Assembly: GCA_019057385.1 (NCBI GenBank)
Contig: JAHQJS010000007.1
Coordinates: forward strand, 811,685-875,684
Length of the DNA: 64,000 nucleotides
Reading direction: 5' to 3'
Source of the DNA: Candidatus Borrarchaeum weybense
GTDB taxonomy: Archaea; Asgardarchaeota; Sifarchaeia; Borrarchaeales; Borrarchaeaceae
The notes beneath the pieces are model-generated. The model made no database searches. It saw only the letters and a program-made list of their open reading frames with translations, and had not been told where the DNA came from. The translations under genes and the position numbers were made by a program. Below, piece by piece: positions 9,725-20,861 of the stretch. Within the stretch, counting starts at the first letter, position 1; each line of letters starts with the position of its first letter.

Positions 9725-11000
9725 ACTACCTCACGTTAAAGCTGTGAGGCTTTTAGCTGTACTTAGTTTCAGTCCCCTTCTGTGCAGAAGAGTTTCAACC
9801 TCATCGCACGCTAACACATGGGCGTGTTTACCACAGCCCAGCCCAGTAATCCGCATGTAGCGTCGGGCTATATTTCGTGCACCGTTTAAATCGGAATTCA
9901 GGGTATGACAACAGGTACGACATACAAAGAAGCCACGATGGCGGGAGGTGTTCCGGCTATGACAACGATTGCATTCCTTACTGGTATAGTGGGGGCGAAC
10001 ATAGACTACCCTGACGCCTTTCAGGGTCGCTTTGTACTCCAAAAAGCGTTGCAGTTCCCGGAAGGCCCATTTATGTACCCACCTGTTATATTTAGCTGTC
10101 TTCCTGATGTAGGTCAGTTCCTCCATCACCAGCACGTCGCCTTCGGACAGTTTCTCCACAATTCGCTTGGAGATGTTGTGGTTGACCCAGGTCATAAACC
10201 GTTTCCACGCGCCACTCACGCGTTGTAGTTTGCGTTTCGCGGCACGTGTGCCTTTAGACTGGAGTTCCGCCACCAAGCGCTCCCAGCGGATCCGTTGCTG
10301 TTTGACACTACCGAAGAACTCGGCGTCACTGGTTACTGCCAGCGTATTGACTCCTAAATCGACACCCAGTATTTTGCAGTGGTTGGTAGCTGTTGGCTGG
10401 AGGGTGGTCTCTTTGGAAAAGGTAAAGCAGAAGAAAAACCGCCCTTTGTAGTCCTTGATCAGGGTGCTCTCGCCCAGTTTCCAGGCCAGATAGGGCTCAA
10501 ATACTTCCGGAATCACTACTTGGAATCTGACACGCCCCTTAAGAGTTGACAATGAGAGACACGTCCAGTCTTTGGATACAGAGGCACAGCGCGGGAAATT
10601 ATACCTGATCGCCAGTTCTGGGGAGACTTCTGGTTTGGATCGCGCCCGTTTGACCATTTCAACCGCCTGAGTAATGGCATTGATCACCAGTTGCGCCTGT
10701 AGACCGAAACGCGCTTTCACCTCATATTAACAGCGTGGTTGCAATGCTGCCTTAGAGGTAATCTGATGTTGCCAGGCGACTTCAATGCAAAATTGGACCG
10801 CCTGCGCATAGACCCGCATGGTGTCATTCAGGACTTCAGAACCCTCAGCCAGTTTAACTTTGGCGGTCACCACCACTTTCATGAGAGAATATTATGAGCG
10901 TAACATTATTTAAAGGCAGAGAGACCCTGCTATAACTGAAACAGTGCCTCAATTCCTCCCCACCCTGAAGGATTGGTGCTTCCTTGAGGCGGAACCGTGA
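9721..11000 (-). mobile_element. IS200/IS605-family (IS1341-type, tnpB only) element
   Basis: Right end ...GTGAGGTAGTTTAC at 9721 (minus), left-end hairpin at ~10948-11000, GC-rich relative to flanks; left boundary approximate. Confidence 0.8.
9731..10882 (-). pseudogene. tnpB: tnpB with in-frame TAA at 10727-10729
   Basis: ATG at 10882 gives MKVVVTAKVKL...QPRC*YEVKARF in the same frame as the 329-aa ORF with GVDLG, MEEL, TSKECNRC, NSDLNGA motifs. Confidence 0.85.
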
Positions 11001-11062
11001 AAAGAATTGAAAAATAAGTACATATACAGAGCTATTAGGGAAGATAAGTGCATCGTCTCTTG

Positions 11063-11608
11063 TTAGAATGAAAGTCCAAATTCATATGCCTTTTTCATTG
11101 CTTCTTGATTCTCTTTAATTTCTCCTTTTTCATACGCTTTTGCTAAGAGTGTTCCAATAAATCTCATTTTCAAATAATCGAATGACATGTTAAACATATC
11201 AACTATAGGTCTACAGGCATCCGCACCTTCTTCCGAGGGAGTTACAAGAACGAATTTCTTACCTTCTAGTTTTCTGTTTGCAACAAAAGGTCTCATTCTA
11301 TCAATTAGAAGTTTCATCTTTCCAGTTGGTCCATACCAGTAGAGTGGAGTCCCAAATATGATTAAATCTGCCTCTTCCATTTTTGGATAAATCTCTTGCA
11401 TTCCATCATATAGGGGGCAGACGTAATCAGCTTTTTTACAAGCACGGCAATCAATACAAGGCGCTATATCATATTCGTACAGATACAATTTTTCGTTCTT
11501 ATGACCTTTTTTTTCACTGCCCTTCAAAATCTCTTCAACTAGTATGTCTGTATTACCCTCTTTTCTGGGACTGCCAATTAATGCCAAGATCTTCATAATA
11601 TCCCTCAT
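11063..11608 (-). CDS. Flavodoxin family / iron-sulfur flavoprotein (NADPH-dependent FMN reductase-like)
   Basis: GSPRKEGNT, CxxCxxCx5C, GTPLYW. Confidence 0.85.
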   Translation of the reverse strand: MRDIMKILALIGSPRKEGNTDILVEEILKGSEKKGHKNEKLYLYEYDIAPCIDCRACKKADYVCPLYDGMQEIYPKMEEADLIIFGTPLYWYGPTGKMKLLIDRMRPFVANRKLEGKKFVLVTPSEEGADACRPIVDMFNMSFDYLKMRFIGTLLAKAYEKGEIKENQEAMKKAYEFGLSF

Positions 11609-11647
11609 TAGGTCTTAGTTGTTCAGCGACATTTTCTCGTTCTTGAG

Positions 11648-12172
11648 TCAAATATCCGAAAGAGTTTTTATGATTTCTTTACAGAAGGCAGGGAGGTCAT
11701 CTGGTGTGCGAGAAGTGATTATGTTTCCATCTCTAACAACTTCTTGATCAAGATAAGTCGCTCCAGCATTTACCAGATCATCCTTTATTGCATAAAAACA
11801 TGTCGCCTTACGATCTTCTAAAAGATTTGCTGATATCAACAACCAAGGACCATGGCAAATTGCTGCGACAGGTCCTTTTTTATAAACCTCTTGAACTAGT
11901 TTAATCATCTTAGGATAGCGTCTAAAGCGATCTGGAGCGTAACCTCCAGGAATAACCAATGCATCAAGCTCATCAGAAGAAATCTTGTTGATATCAGTGT
12001 CAACTTTAACTGGAAGTCCATGTTTCCCGACATAATTTTCTTTCAATCCAGTTCCTATAAGTATAATCTTTGCACCTTCTTCTCTTAATCTATGTACAGG
12101 ATACCATAATTCAAGATCTTCGTATAAATCCTCTGCTAAAATTCCAATAGTCTTTCCTTCTAACTGTCCCAT
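11648..12172 (-). CDS. pfpI: DJ-1/PfpI family protease/deglycase
   Basis: YEDLEL, IPGG, AICHGP, SRTPDDLPAF. Confidence 0.9.
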   Translation of the reverse strand: MGQLEGKTIGILAEDLYEDLELWYPVHRLREEGAKIILIGTGLKENYVGKHGLPVKVDTDINKISSDELDALVIPGGYAPDRFRRYPKMIKLVQEVYKKGPVAAICHGPWLLISANLLEDRKATCFYAIKDDLVNAGATYLDQEVVRDGNIITSRTPDDLPAFCKEIIKTLSDI

Positions 12173-12297
12173 CCAAATTCCTCCTTCAACGACAATTTGA
12201 AACCTGTATATTCAACACCGCATAAAAATGATATCCATTTATGCAATAATGCATAAAAACACACTTTTTTATATGAACTACTCCTTTAATAGATTTC

Positions 12298-13842
12298 TTG
12301 GGTGTAAAAATGGTGCAAGCTATGATCAATACAAAATTGATGCAGGCAGTTCAAGATATGATTGGTGAACTTTCAACTAGCCTAGGAGAAGATAAATTAT
12401 CAATTGATAAGCCTACAAGACTTGTTTATAGAATTACTCACGGTCCTGAGGCGCTTCTACACGAAAGTTTAGATGATTTCACACCAGCAGCAATAGTGAG
12501 ACCAACATCCACGGAAGACGTTCAAACGATCGTTAAACTTGCAGATAAGTATGAGGTTCCGATCGTACCTCAAGGTGGACGAACATGCACATATGGGGCA
12601 GAAGCGATACGTGATTGCATTGTGATCGATACTGCTACAATGGATAAAATCCTTGAAATCGACGAAGGGAGTTATCGAATTACTGCTGAAGCAGGAGTGC
12701 GTGTTGTTGACTTTCACAGATACCTAGAAGAAAGAGGCTTCATGTGTGTAGACTTTCCAACAATGAATAAAGCAGCCACTTTAGGGGCTCGTGCCGCTCT
12801 TAATGGCTATAATAAGTTCGAAAATCGATGGGGAAGCTCAGGATATCATATTAAGGGATTAGAAGTCGTTTTACCCAATGGGGAGGCTGTCTGGCTTGGT
12901 AGAGGAACTAGTGCACCTACAAAATCAGTTGTAGGGCTTAATATGATGGACCTCTTCATTGGATCAAGAGGAACTCTGGGGGTTGTTACAAAAGTAACTG
13001 AACGCTTTATTGATATGCCTCCTAGCTATCACTATGGAATTAGAGCGTTTAAGGACTACGAAGACGGGCTTAAGACATATATAGATCTTAGAAAACCTTT
13101 GAATGCTGGTCTATTATGGAGATCAAAGGTATATCATAAATGGTTTTTGAGTCAAGCTGTAAAGGGTATGCTTGAGATTGATTTCCCAGATGATGTTGAA
13201 ATGTTGGTGGATTACCATATTCTAGGCGAGCCTGATGTTGTTGAACAAATGGAAAAACATGCAATAAGAATAATGGAAGACCACAATGGGTTTTGGAGAG
13301 ATGATATGCCCCCAACAGACATTATAGGAAGAATGCATGAGACAATAGAGAAATACATGGGAATGGGAGGATTATGGAGCGACCGGATTATAAATGGAGG
13401 AATGGCTAATCGAATAATTCCTCTAGACCCGATGATTCCTGATTCCAAGCTTTTAGAATATTATAAAGAATACTTGAAACTACTCCGCGAGATAGAAGAC
13501 GGTGAAAGTTATCCCGCGCTGACAGATAGTATGAAAGTCCTTAATCCAGCAGGACCAGTCCCTGGAGATGTAGGTTATAGCAAGATATGGATACTACTAC
13601 TTGCAAATTGGAATAAATGGGACAATGAAACGCGTAAAGAATTCAAAGACTGGTTCAGACGTCATGCTGAACTAGCATTGCGTTTTGATGGATCAATAAC
13701 AGGTACTCATGGCTTTATACCAAGAGAAATGGAAGTTGAACTTGTAAGAAAAGAAGTCGGTGAGAAAACCTACGAGTTCATGAAGATGATCAAAAAAACT
13801 ATTGACCCAAAGAACATTATGAATCCTAAGGTACGATTTTAG
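12298..13842 (+). CDS. FAD-binding oxidoreductase (GlcD-like)
   Basis: VRPTSTEDV, PQGG.T, FIGSRGTLGVVT, GSITGTHG, DPKNIMNP. Confidence 0.85.
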   Translation: MGVKMVQAMINTKLMQAVQDMIGELSTSLGEDKLSIDKPTRLVYRITHGPEALLHESLDDFTPAAIVRPTSTEDVQTIVKLADKYEVPIVPQGGRTCTYGAEAIRDCIVIDTATMDKILEIDEGSYRITAEAGVRVVDFHRYLEERGFMCVDFPTMNKAATLGARAALNGYNKFENRWGSSGYHIKGLEVVLPNGEAVWLGRGTSAPTKSVVGLNMMDLFIGSRGTLGVVTKVTERFIDMPPSYHYGIRAFKDYEDGLKTYIDLRKPLNAGLLWRSKVYHKWFLSQAVKGMLEIDFPDDVEMLVDYHILGEPDVVEQMEKHAIRIMEDHNGFWRDDMPPTDIIGRMHETIEKYMGMGGLWSDRIINGGMANRIIPLDPMIPDSKLLEYYKEYLKLLREIEDGESYPALTDSMKVLNPAGPVPGDVGYSKIWILLLANWNKWDNETRKEFKDWFRRHAELALRFDGSITGTHGFIPREMEVELVRKEVGEKTYEFMKMIKKTIDPKNIMNPKVRF

Positions 13843-13849
13843 ATGATAG

Positions 13850-15049
13850 ATGGTGATCTTAATGAGCGAAGAAATGGATGAACCCTTAACTTTACAGGAC
13901 CAAGAGCCACAACTATGGACTTGTATTTGTTGCTATTGTGGATTATGCATTGAAAGTTGTCCAGCCTATAGAGAATTGAAAAATGAGGCTGTTTCGGCAA
14001 GAGGAATCTCTCAAGTTGCGTTGGGTATTGCTTGGGATGAAATTGACCTCTCTGAGTTGTCGGATGATATCGTCTATGCTTGTACTGGGTGTAGATGGTG
14101 TGACTGGATTTGTTCACAAAATACTCCAATTAAAATAGTCCGTGACGGTTCAAGAAAAACAAGAGTAAGTGGTGCAACTGTATCAGAAATTCTGAGATCC
14201 ATGAAAGCAGAAGAAGGAACGATTCCTCCCGAGATTCGAGATGCTCTCAATAATATTGTAAAGCATGGAAACCCTTATGGTGGTCCAAAGGCGCAAAAAG
14301 ACAAATGGGTAGATGACCTTGGCATGAAAATAGATGGTTCAGAGACTATACTCTATGTAGGATCAACGGTTCCATACGACGATAGAGCTGCCAGAGCTGC
14401 AGAAGCATTAGTTAGCGTTTTCAAAAAAGCAAACCTAAATTTCGGTATACTAGGTAGCGAAGAAATAGATAGCGGTGCTTTTTCAAGAATGATGGGTGAA
14501 GAAGGCCTATTTTTTGAAATGTATGATTCGCTAATAGAGACTTTCGAGAAATATGGAATTAAAAAAATAATTTGTCTCTCTCCACATGATTACGATACTT
14601 TCAGAGAATATTACTATGATATTGATGGCATCGAAGTCAAGCATTATACAGAAGTACTCTGGGAAATGATTGATAGTGGCAAAATAGAATTTAATAACGA
14701 ATTTGATCAAAGAGTCACATACCACGATCCTTGTTATTTGGGGCGACGAAGTGAAATATATGATGCTCCACGAAAAATATTGCAGAGCATACCAAAACTA
14801 GATTTCGTTGAAATGTATTTTACAAGAGAGAATGCGCATTGTTGTGGTGGTGGAGGCACTGGACTCTGGCTAGATCTCCCTAAAATCAACATGGATATGA
14901 CGCGTTCTGATGAAGCTAAAGAAAAAGACGTGGATTATTTAGCTGTTGCATGTCCTATTTGCCTGCAAATGCTTGACAGTGCTATGAAGAGCAAGGATTA
15001 TGAAATAGAGGTTAGAGACATTGCTGAAATTGTAGAAAAAGCAATGTAG
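13850..15049 (+). CDS. Fe-S oxidoreductase, HdrD/GlcF-like
   Basis: CxxCxxCxxxCP, YHDPCYLGR, CCGGGG, ACPIC; first CCG domain has lost its cysteines. Confidence 0.85.
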   Translation: MVILMSEEMDEPLTLQDQEPQLWTCICCYCGLCIESCPAYRELKNEAVSARGISQVALGIAWDEIDLSELSDDIVYACTGCRWCDWICSQNTPIKIVRDGSRKTRVSGATVSEILRSMKAEEGTIPPEIRDALNNIVKHGNPYGGPKAQKDKWVDDLGMKIDGSETILYVGSTVPYDDRAARAAEALVSVFKKANLNFGILGSEEIDSGAFSRMMGEEGLFFEMYDSLIETFEKYGIKKIICLSPHDYDTFREYYYDIDGIEVKHYTEVLWEMIDSGKIEFNNEFDQRVTYHDPCYLGRRSEIYDAPRKILQSIPKLDFVEMYFTRENAHCCGGGGTGLWLDLPKINMDMTRSDEAKEKDVDYLAVACPICLQMLDSAMKSKDYEIEVRDIAEIVEKAM

Positions 15050-15111
15050 CCAATTATTTCTCTCACCATTTTTTTTAAATTTCTTTAAGAAAAAGAAAGG
15101 TGATCTGCAGT

Positions 15112-16077
15112 CTACATTTCTGAGTGTTTGCATAGTTCGAGGAGTCTGTTCCATTCTTTATCGACGTATTCTTGAATGACATTAATGATTACTTCATTTT
15201 TTTCTGGCTTGAATAGGTGTCTGAGTCGTCCTTGATACTTAAGATATTCTTCAATAGGGATTTTAGATGCTTTTTTGTCTGGATGATTTATAGTAAATTT
15301 GTGTCCCCACTCAATTTCATACAAAGGAAAGAATCGTGATTCGACTGCCAGGCGAGCCACTTGAATGCTCATGCTAGTATCAAATCTCCAGCCTCTGGTG
15401 CAGGGTTGAATACAATGCACAAAGGCAGGACCCTTGATATCTACTGCTCGTTTTACTTTTCGTACAAAATCTAAAGGATATGCAACACTGGCAGTTGCAG
15501 CGTATTCTAATCCGTGTGCAGCAATAATACGAATTAAAGGCTTCTTAGATCTTTTCTTACCTTGCTGGACTTTTCCAACTGGTGAAGTTGTCGTCCATGC
15601 TGCGTGCATGGTTGCCCCACTTCTTTGAATACCTGTGTTCATATATGCCTCATTGTCATAACAAATGTAAGCAAAGTCTTCACCGCGATCTATAGCTCCA
15701 CTTATTGATTGTAAACCAATATCATAAGTCCCGCCATCACCGCCTATAGTAACAACTTCAATATCGCGTTTTAGTATCTCACCCTTTCTCATTAATACGT
15801 CAAGACCTGCACGTACGCCTGAAGCTGTAGCTGCTGCATTTTCAAATGCATTGTGTATCCACGGGACACTCCACGCATTATGTGGGAAAATTGTGCCGGA
15901 TACTTCAAGGCATCCTGTAGCATTCACTACGATTAAGGGTTTATCAACTGCCTTTGTCATAAGTCGTGCAATTGTTCCTGCACCACAACCTGTACAAAGC
16001 CTATGTCCAGAATTAAATCGTTCTTCTTTTGGTAAATCTGAAAGTTTTGTTGGATAATCTGATGTCATTTTACTCAC
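15112..16077 (-). CDS. porB: 2-oxoacid (pyruvate):ferredoxin oxidoreductase beta subunit
   Basis: GHRLCTGC, ATGCLEV, GGDGGTYDIG, DNEAYMNTG. Confidence 0.9.
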   Translation of the reverse strand: MSKMTSDYPTKLSDLPKEERFNSGHRLCTGCGAGTIARLMTKAVDKPLIVVNATGCLEVSGTIFPHNAWSVPWIHNAFENAAATASGVRAGLDVLMRKGEILKRDIEVVTIGGDGGTYDIGLQSISGAIDRGEDFAYICYDNEAYMNTGIQRSGATMHAAWTTTSPVGKVQQGKKRSKKPLIRIIAAHGLEYAATASVAYPLDFVRKVKRAVDIKGPAFVHCIQPCTRGWRFDTSMSIQVARLAVESRFFPLYEIEWGHKFTINHPDKKASKIPIEEYLKYQGRLRHLFKPEKNEVIINVIQEYVDKEWNRLLELCKHSEM

Positions 16078-17264
16078 ACCTCTTTCCTAATACCATACCA
16101 CGTAATTGGCTGTTCAACTACTCCTTTCTTCAAGTCATCATACAGTATCTCATACATTTTCTTGAAATCAGCAATTGTGACATCTCTACCACCAAGACCT
16201 GCTATGAAATTCCTGAAAAGAGGACCTTCTCTTCCGGTATTCATTGTACTTGAAGTTTCGCTAAATGCGGGCCCATAGCTCCCGAAAGAGACCGCCCTAT
16301 CTACAACACCACACGCCTGAACTTCTCTTAGTGCAATACGCATTTCTTCAATAGGAAATGGTCTAAAACAACGTAATTTTACAAGTCCTACCCTCTCTCC
16401 TTCTTCTCGCATTTCATCTACAGTTGCTTTAGCAGTCCCGGTAAGTGAGCCCATCGTCACAAGAGCTACTTCAGCGTCATCCATGTGATAAGATTCAACA
16501 ATTGGATAATAACGTCCCCATCTATCACCAAATTCTTCTACTACATCTTTCATAACGTTTTTTGCATTGCGCATTGCTTCGTTTTGAGCTTTTTTAATAT
16601 CCATATAGTACTCAGGAAACGCACACGTGCCGACTGCGATCGGAGCATCAACATCAAGCCTGTAAAGTGGATCACGTCTTGGTAGAAATCCATCGATCGT
16701 TTTTTTGTCAGTAGGCTCAATGATTGCTACAGGCTCAATAGAATGGCTTAAAATGAACCCATCCAAGCATACCATTACTGGCAGAGAAACTCGTCTATCC
16801 TCCCCGACTTTAAACGCTTGAATTGTGCTATCGTAAGCCTCTTGACAATCTTCAACAAACCATTGAATCCATCCAGAGTCCCGCGCTAACATTGCATCAT
16901 TATGGTCACACCAGATGCTAATTGGTCCAGAAAGTGCACGATTTACGACTGTCATTACGACTGGAAATCTGGCTGATGCTACCAAGTACAAAATTTCACA
17001 CATTAGCGCTACTCCTTGAGATGCTGTAGCAGTATATACTCTTGCACCCGTTGAAGAGGCTCCATAACATGCAGACATAGCAGAATGTTCTGATTCAACG
17101 GTTATATATTCACAGTCGAGTTCTCCGTCTGCAACAAACTCTGATAGACGCTCGACAATAATTGTTTGAGGTGTAATAGGAAAAGCCGCAACTACGTCAG
17201 GATTACATAATTTTGCTGCTTCTGCAACCGCAAAATCACCCATCATCCCTAAGACTTTTGTCAT
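16074..17264 (-). CDS. porA: 2-oxoacid (pyruvate):ferredoxin oxidoreductase alpha subunit
   Basis: FPITPQT, ESEHSAMS, ATASQG, GLGGRD. Confidence 0.9.
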   Translation of the reverse strand: MTKVLGMMGDFAVAEAAKLCNPDVVAAFPITPQTIIVERLSEFVADGELDCEYITVESEHSAMSACYGASSTGARVYTATASQGVALMCEILYLVASARFPVVMTVVNRALSGPISIWCDHNDAMLARDSGWIQWFVEDCQEAYDSTIQAFKVGEDRRVSLPVMVCLDGFILSHSIEPVAIIEPTDKKTIDGFLPRRDPLYRLDVDAPIAVGTCAFPEYYMDIKKAQNEAMRNAKNVMKDVVEEFGDRWGRYYPIVESYHMDDAEVALVTMGSLTGTAKATVDEMREEGERVGLVKLRCFRPFPIEEMRIALREVQACGVVDRAVSFGSYGPAFSETSSTMNTGREGPLFRNFIAGLGGRDVTIADFKKMYEILYDDLKKGVVEQPITWYGIRKEV

Positions 17265-17540
17265 TTACAAATTTCACATCCCTAGTAGGATAATAATTCC
17301 ATTTAAATTTCCGCAAACTTCCTTTTAGTTCAATTTATCTGATATATATTTCTTACTTTTTTGAAAACTTTATTCAGAGATTTCGGATGTTTAATTATTT
17401 TTAAACCAAAAAGTTAAAAGATTTGATTATGTTATGCCTCAAAATAACAACTCTAATAATATGGCTCAAAACAATTAAGAGCCAATTTCATACCTTTTGA
17501 CGTCTGTTGTTAGAACCATTTAGTGAATACTTGGTGAATA

Positions 17541-19964
17541 ATGTTGGATGCCTCCTCCGAAAGTGTAGATACTGCTGAACACAGAATTGGAATTTTCGTC
17601 TGTCAATGTGGAGGAAATATTTCGAATGTTGTTGATGTAGAAGAAGTAAGTAAAGTCGCCAGCACTTGGAAATATGTTTTAGCTTCACAAACTAATCCAT
17701 TTACCTGTTCAAAACCTTCTCAAGAGTTGATAACTGACACTATAAAAGAAATGAAACTAAACAAAGTAATTATTGCGTCTTGCAGTCCACGATTGCACTT
17801 GATAACTTTTCAAAGTATGCTAGAACGCGCTGGATTAAATCCTTATTTGTTGGAATTTGTAAATATCAGAGAACAATGTTCATGGGTTCATGGGCCACAA
17901 ATGAGTAAGAAAGCAACACAAAAAGCTATAAGCTTACTAAGAGGGGGCTACGAAAGAAGTCTAGAACTTGAACCCTTGGAAGTTATAACAGAACCAACAT
18001 CAAATAATGTCCTAGTTATCGGTGGTGGAATCGCTGGCATGATGGCAGCATTAGAACTAGGGAATATAGGCTTCAAAGTCTATTTAGTAGAGAGACAACC
18101 CAGCATTGGCGGCAACATGGCAAAGCTGACTAAGGTTTTTCCAACCCTTGATTGTGCTCAATGTATTCTTACCCCACGAATGGCCGAAGTCGAACGAAAC
18201 GAAAATGTCACGCTTTTGACTTATTCGGAAGTTCAAGAAATTGGAGGGCGACCAGGCAATTACGATGCTAAAATTTTTGTTAAGCCTCGTGGTGTAGATC
18301 TAGAAAAATGTACCAGTTGTGGTGATTGTGCCGTTGGCTGCCCTGTAAAATGCATCAATGAATTTGAAGAAGAATTATTATCTAAACGAAGTGCTGCCTA
18401 TATCCCCTTTCTTCAGGCAGTACCACAGGTATATACAATAGACGAAAGTCATTGTCTTTATCATAAATATGGGATCTGTCGAATCTGTGAAAAAATATGC
18501 CCTGCAAACGCCATAAACTTAGATGATAAAGGGCAACTCTTAGAGCTTAGAGTAGGTAGTATAGTTGTTGCTACGGGATACGAAACATATGATGCACGGA
18601 AAATCGAAGAATATGGATATGGAACCTATCCCGATGTAATAACAATGCTACAACTAGAGCGCCTTACATCACTCTTTGGGCCTACAAAAGGTCATGTGAA
18701 GCGACTTAGTGATGGAAAAACAGCAAAAAAGATTGCTATTCTTTTATGTGCAGGCTCAAGAGATAAAAATCGTTACATTCCATACTGTAGTCGTATATGT
18801 TGTATGTATTCCATCAAACAAGCAACCCTCTTGAAAGAATATTATGAAGGAATTGATGTATGGGTTTTTTATACCGACATTCGAGCCACTGGGCGAGGGT
18901 ATGAAGAACTTTATTGGAGATCAGAAGAAGAAGGTGTCAGATTTATTAGAGGTAAAGTTTCTGAAGTCTGGCAGAGAAAAAATGGCAAGGTTATGATCAG
19001 AGCAGAAGATACGCTTACTCAAAACGTAATTGAAGAACCGTTTGATTTAGTAGCTTTGGCAACACCAATGGTTCCATCTAAAGGACTCGACAAGTTATCA
19101 GACATGATGAAAATACCATTAGGCGGAGATGAATTTATTCAAGAGAGGCACGTCAAACTCAATCCCGTTGATTCACTTCAAACTGGCATATTCACATGCG
19201 GTTGTGCGATAGGTCCAAAAGATGTTAGAGATACGGTATCTGATGCTTTGGGTTCAGCGGCACGCGTCTCCTCATTTTTATCTAAAGGATATATTATAAC
19301 GTCGCCCGAAAAAGCTGTCGTCGATATTACTAAGTGTACTGGATGCGAAATCTGTTTAGAAATCTGCCCTTCCAGCGCAATAAAAATGATTGAAGAGAAG
19401 GCAAAAGTTGACCCTCTTTTGTGTATAGAATGCGGTGCTTGTGTTCCAGAGTGCCCAGAGGCTGCAATCGATTTTAAGAATTTCACCGAAAAGCAGATTA
19501 TCTCCCAACTTCGAGGATTACTTCAAGATAAAGAACTTGACGAAATAAGGATAATCGCTTTTGTCGACAAGACCATTGGTTACACAGGGCTGGATTTTGT
19601 AGGACAGGATAGACAGAATTACCCCTTTGAAATTAGGGCTATTCGTGTCCCCTCGACTGCACTTCTCAGTAAACAACACATTAGTTATGCTTTTAGACTT
19701 GGGGCGGATGGAATCGTTGTTATCGAAGGAGATGCCACTAGAGAGAAGTTCACAAAGAAGAGGATTGAAGAAATCATTGATCTGATGGAAGATCTGGATA
19801 TCGAAGGTTCAAGGATATATTATAGCACTGTGGAACTCCCTGCATACAAGAAAATAGCTAATATCTTTGAAATTCAGGCAAAAATGATCAGTGAACTTGG
19901 TCCGATTCCAGAAGAAATCCGTGTACAACTCTTAGATGGTATTAAAATCGAAAAAGTGGTTTGA
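17541..19964 (+). CDS. hdrA: Heterodisulfide reductase subunit A fused to a C-terminal MvhD-like domain
   Basis: VCQCGGNI, ASCSPR, NIREQCSWVH, GGGIAG, FPTLDC, YCSRICC, ferredoxin motifs; C-terminal GADGIVV MvhD-like region. Confidence 0.9.
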   Translation: MLDASSESVDTAEHRIGIFVCQCGGNISNVVDVEEVSKVASTWKYVLASQTNPFTCSKPSQELITDTIKEMKLNKVIIASCSPRLHLITFQSMLERAGLNPYLLEFVNIREQCSWVHGPQMSKKATQKAISLLRGGYERSLELEPLEVITEPTSNNVLVIGGGIAGMMAALELGNIGFKVYLVERQPSIGGNMAKLTKVFPTLDCAQCILTPRMAEVERNENVTLLTYSEVQEIGGRPGNYDAKIFVKPRGVDLEKCTSCGDCAVGCPVKCINEFEEELLSKRSAAYIPFLQAVPQVYTIDESHCLYHKYGICRICEKICPANAINLDDKGQLLELRVGSIVVATGYETYDARKIEEYGYGTYPDVITMLQLERLTSLFGPTKGHVKRLSDGKTAKKIAILLCAGSRDKNRYIPYCSRICCMYSIKQATLLKEYYEGIDVWVFYTDIRATGRGYEELYWRSEEEGVRFIRGKVSEVWQRKNGKVMIRAEDTLTQNVIEEPFDLVALATPMVPSKGLDKLSDMMKIPLGGDEFIQERHVKLNPVDSLQTGIFTCGCAIGPKDVRDTVSDALGSAARVSSFLSKGYIITSPEKAVVDITKCTGCEICLEICPSSAIKMIEEKAKVDPLLCIECGACVPECPEAAIDFKNFTEKQIISQLRGLLQDKELDEIRIIAFVDKTIGYTGLDFVGQDRQNYPFEIRAIRVPSTALLSKQHISYAFRLGADGIVVIEGDATREKFTKKRIEEIIDLMEDLDIEGSRIYYSTVELPAYKKIANIFEIQAKMISELGPIPEEIRVQLLDGIKIEKVV

Positions 19965-20084
19965 CTATTTGATTGATTATTATTTTCTCTGTTTTTTTTT
20001 AAGATCTAAAACATTTTTAAATTGTCAACTTTCTCTTACTCACTGCAAATTTTATTTTGATCACTTCATTTTGGAGGTTAACAG

Positions 20085-20861
20085 TTGGACATAATTGTTT
20101 GTGTAAAACATGTTCCCGATGTAGCGGGTGCTGAAATCTTAATCGATGAAAGCGGTAAAAAAATAAAAACCGGAGATTTACCATTCGAAATTAACGAATG
20201 GGACGAATACGCAATTGAAGAGGCAATACTGATAAAAGAAAGACTTGGAACTGGATCCGTCACCGCGATAACAATTGGTGATGATAATGCAGAAGCCACT
20301 TTACGGAGATGTCTAGCTAAAGGCGCCGATAAAGCAATCAGAGTTCATGATGATGCATTTGAAGGTTCCGATGCCTATGCTATCGCAAAAATTCTTTACA
20401 ATGCAATTAAGGATTTGCCATTCGATTTGGTATTTACTGGCTTACAAACTAATGATGAAGGATATGGCCAGGTGGGAGGAATTCTCTCAGAATTTTTGGA
20501 AATTCCACATGCGAGCCTAGTTAAGAAGATAGAAATAAAGGATAAACTAATAGAGGTTAATCGAGAACTTGAGGGTGGTTTAGAAGAGGTTCTAGAACTT
20601 CAATTACCTGCATTACTTACTATTCAAACTGGAATCAATGAACCAAGATATGTTTCTATTATGGGCATACGCAAAGCTAAAAAGAAAGAATTGCAAGTCA
20701 TCAGCTTAAATGAATTAGAATTAACTCCTGAAGAAGTCGGGATTTCTGGATCTTGGCTTCAAATCGAGGAGTTATCCATTCCAAAACCTACGAAGCAAGT
20801 TGTCATTCTAGATGATGCTACAAAAATTGCTGAGGTCTTACGTGCAAGGGGGTTAATATAG
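20085..20861 (+). CDS. etfB: Electron transfer flavoprotein beta subunit
   Basis: IVCVKHVPD, INEWDEYAIEEA, INEPRY. Confidence 0.92.
   Translation: MDIIVCVKHVPDVAGAEILIDESGKKIKTGDLPFEINEWDEYAIEEAILIKERLGTGSVTAITIGDDNAEATLRRCLAKGADKAIRVHDDAFEGSDAYAIAKILYNAIKDLPFDLVFTGLQTNDEGYGQVGGILSEFLEIPHASLVKKIEIKDKLIEVNRELEGGLEEVLELQLPALLTIQTGINEPRYVSIMGIRKAKKKELQVISLNELELTPEEVGISGSWLQIEELSIPKPTKQVVILDDATKIAEVLRARGLI

Noticed and set aside
18140-18170. Selenocysteine in HdrA
   Set aside because: The PTLDC position is an ordinary Cys codon and the ORF is uninterrupted.
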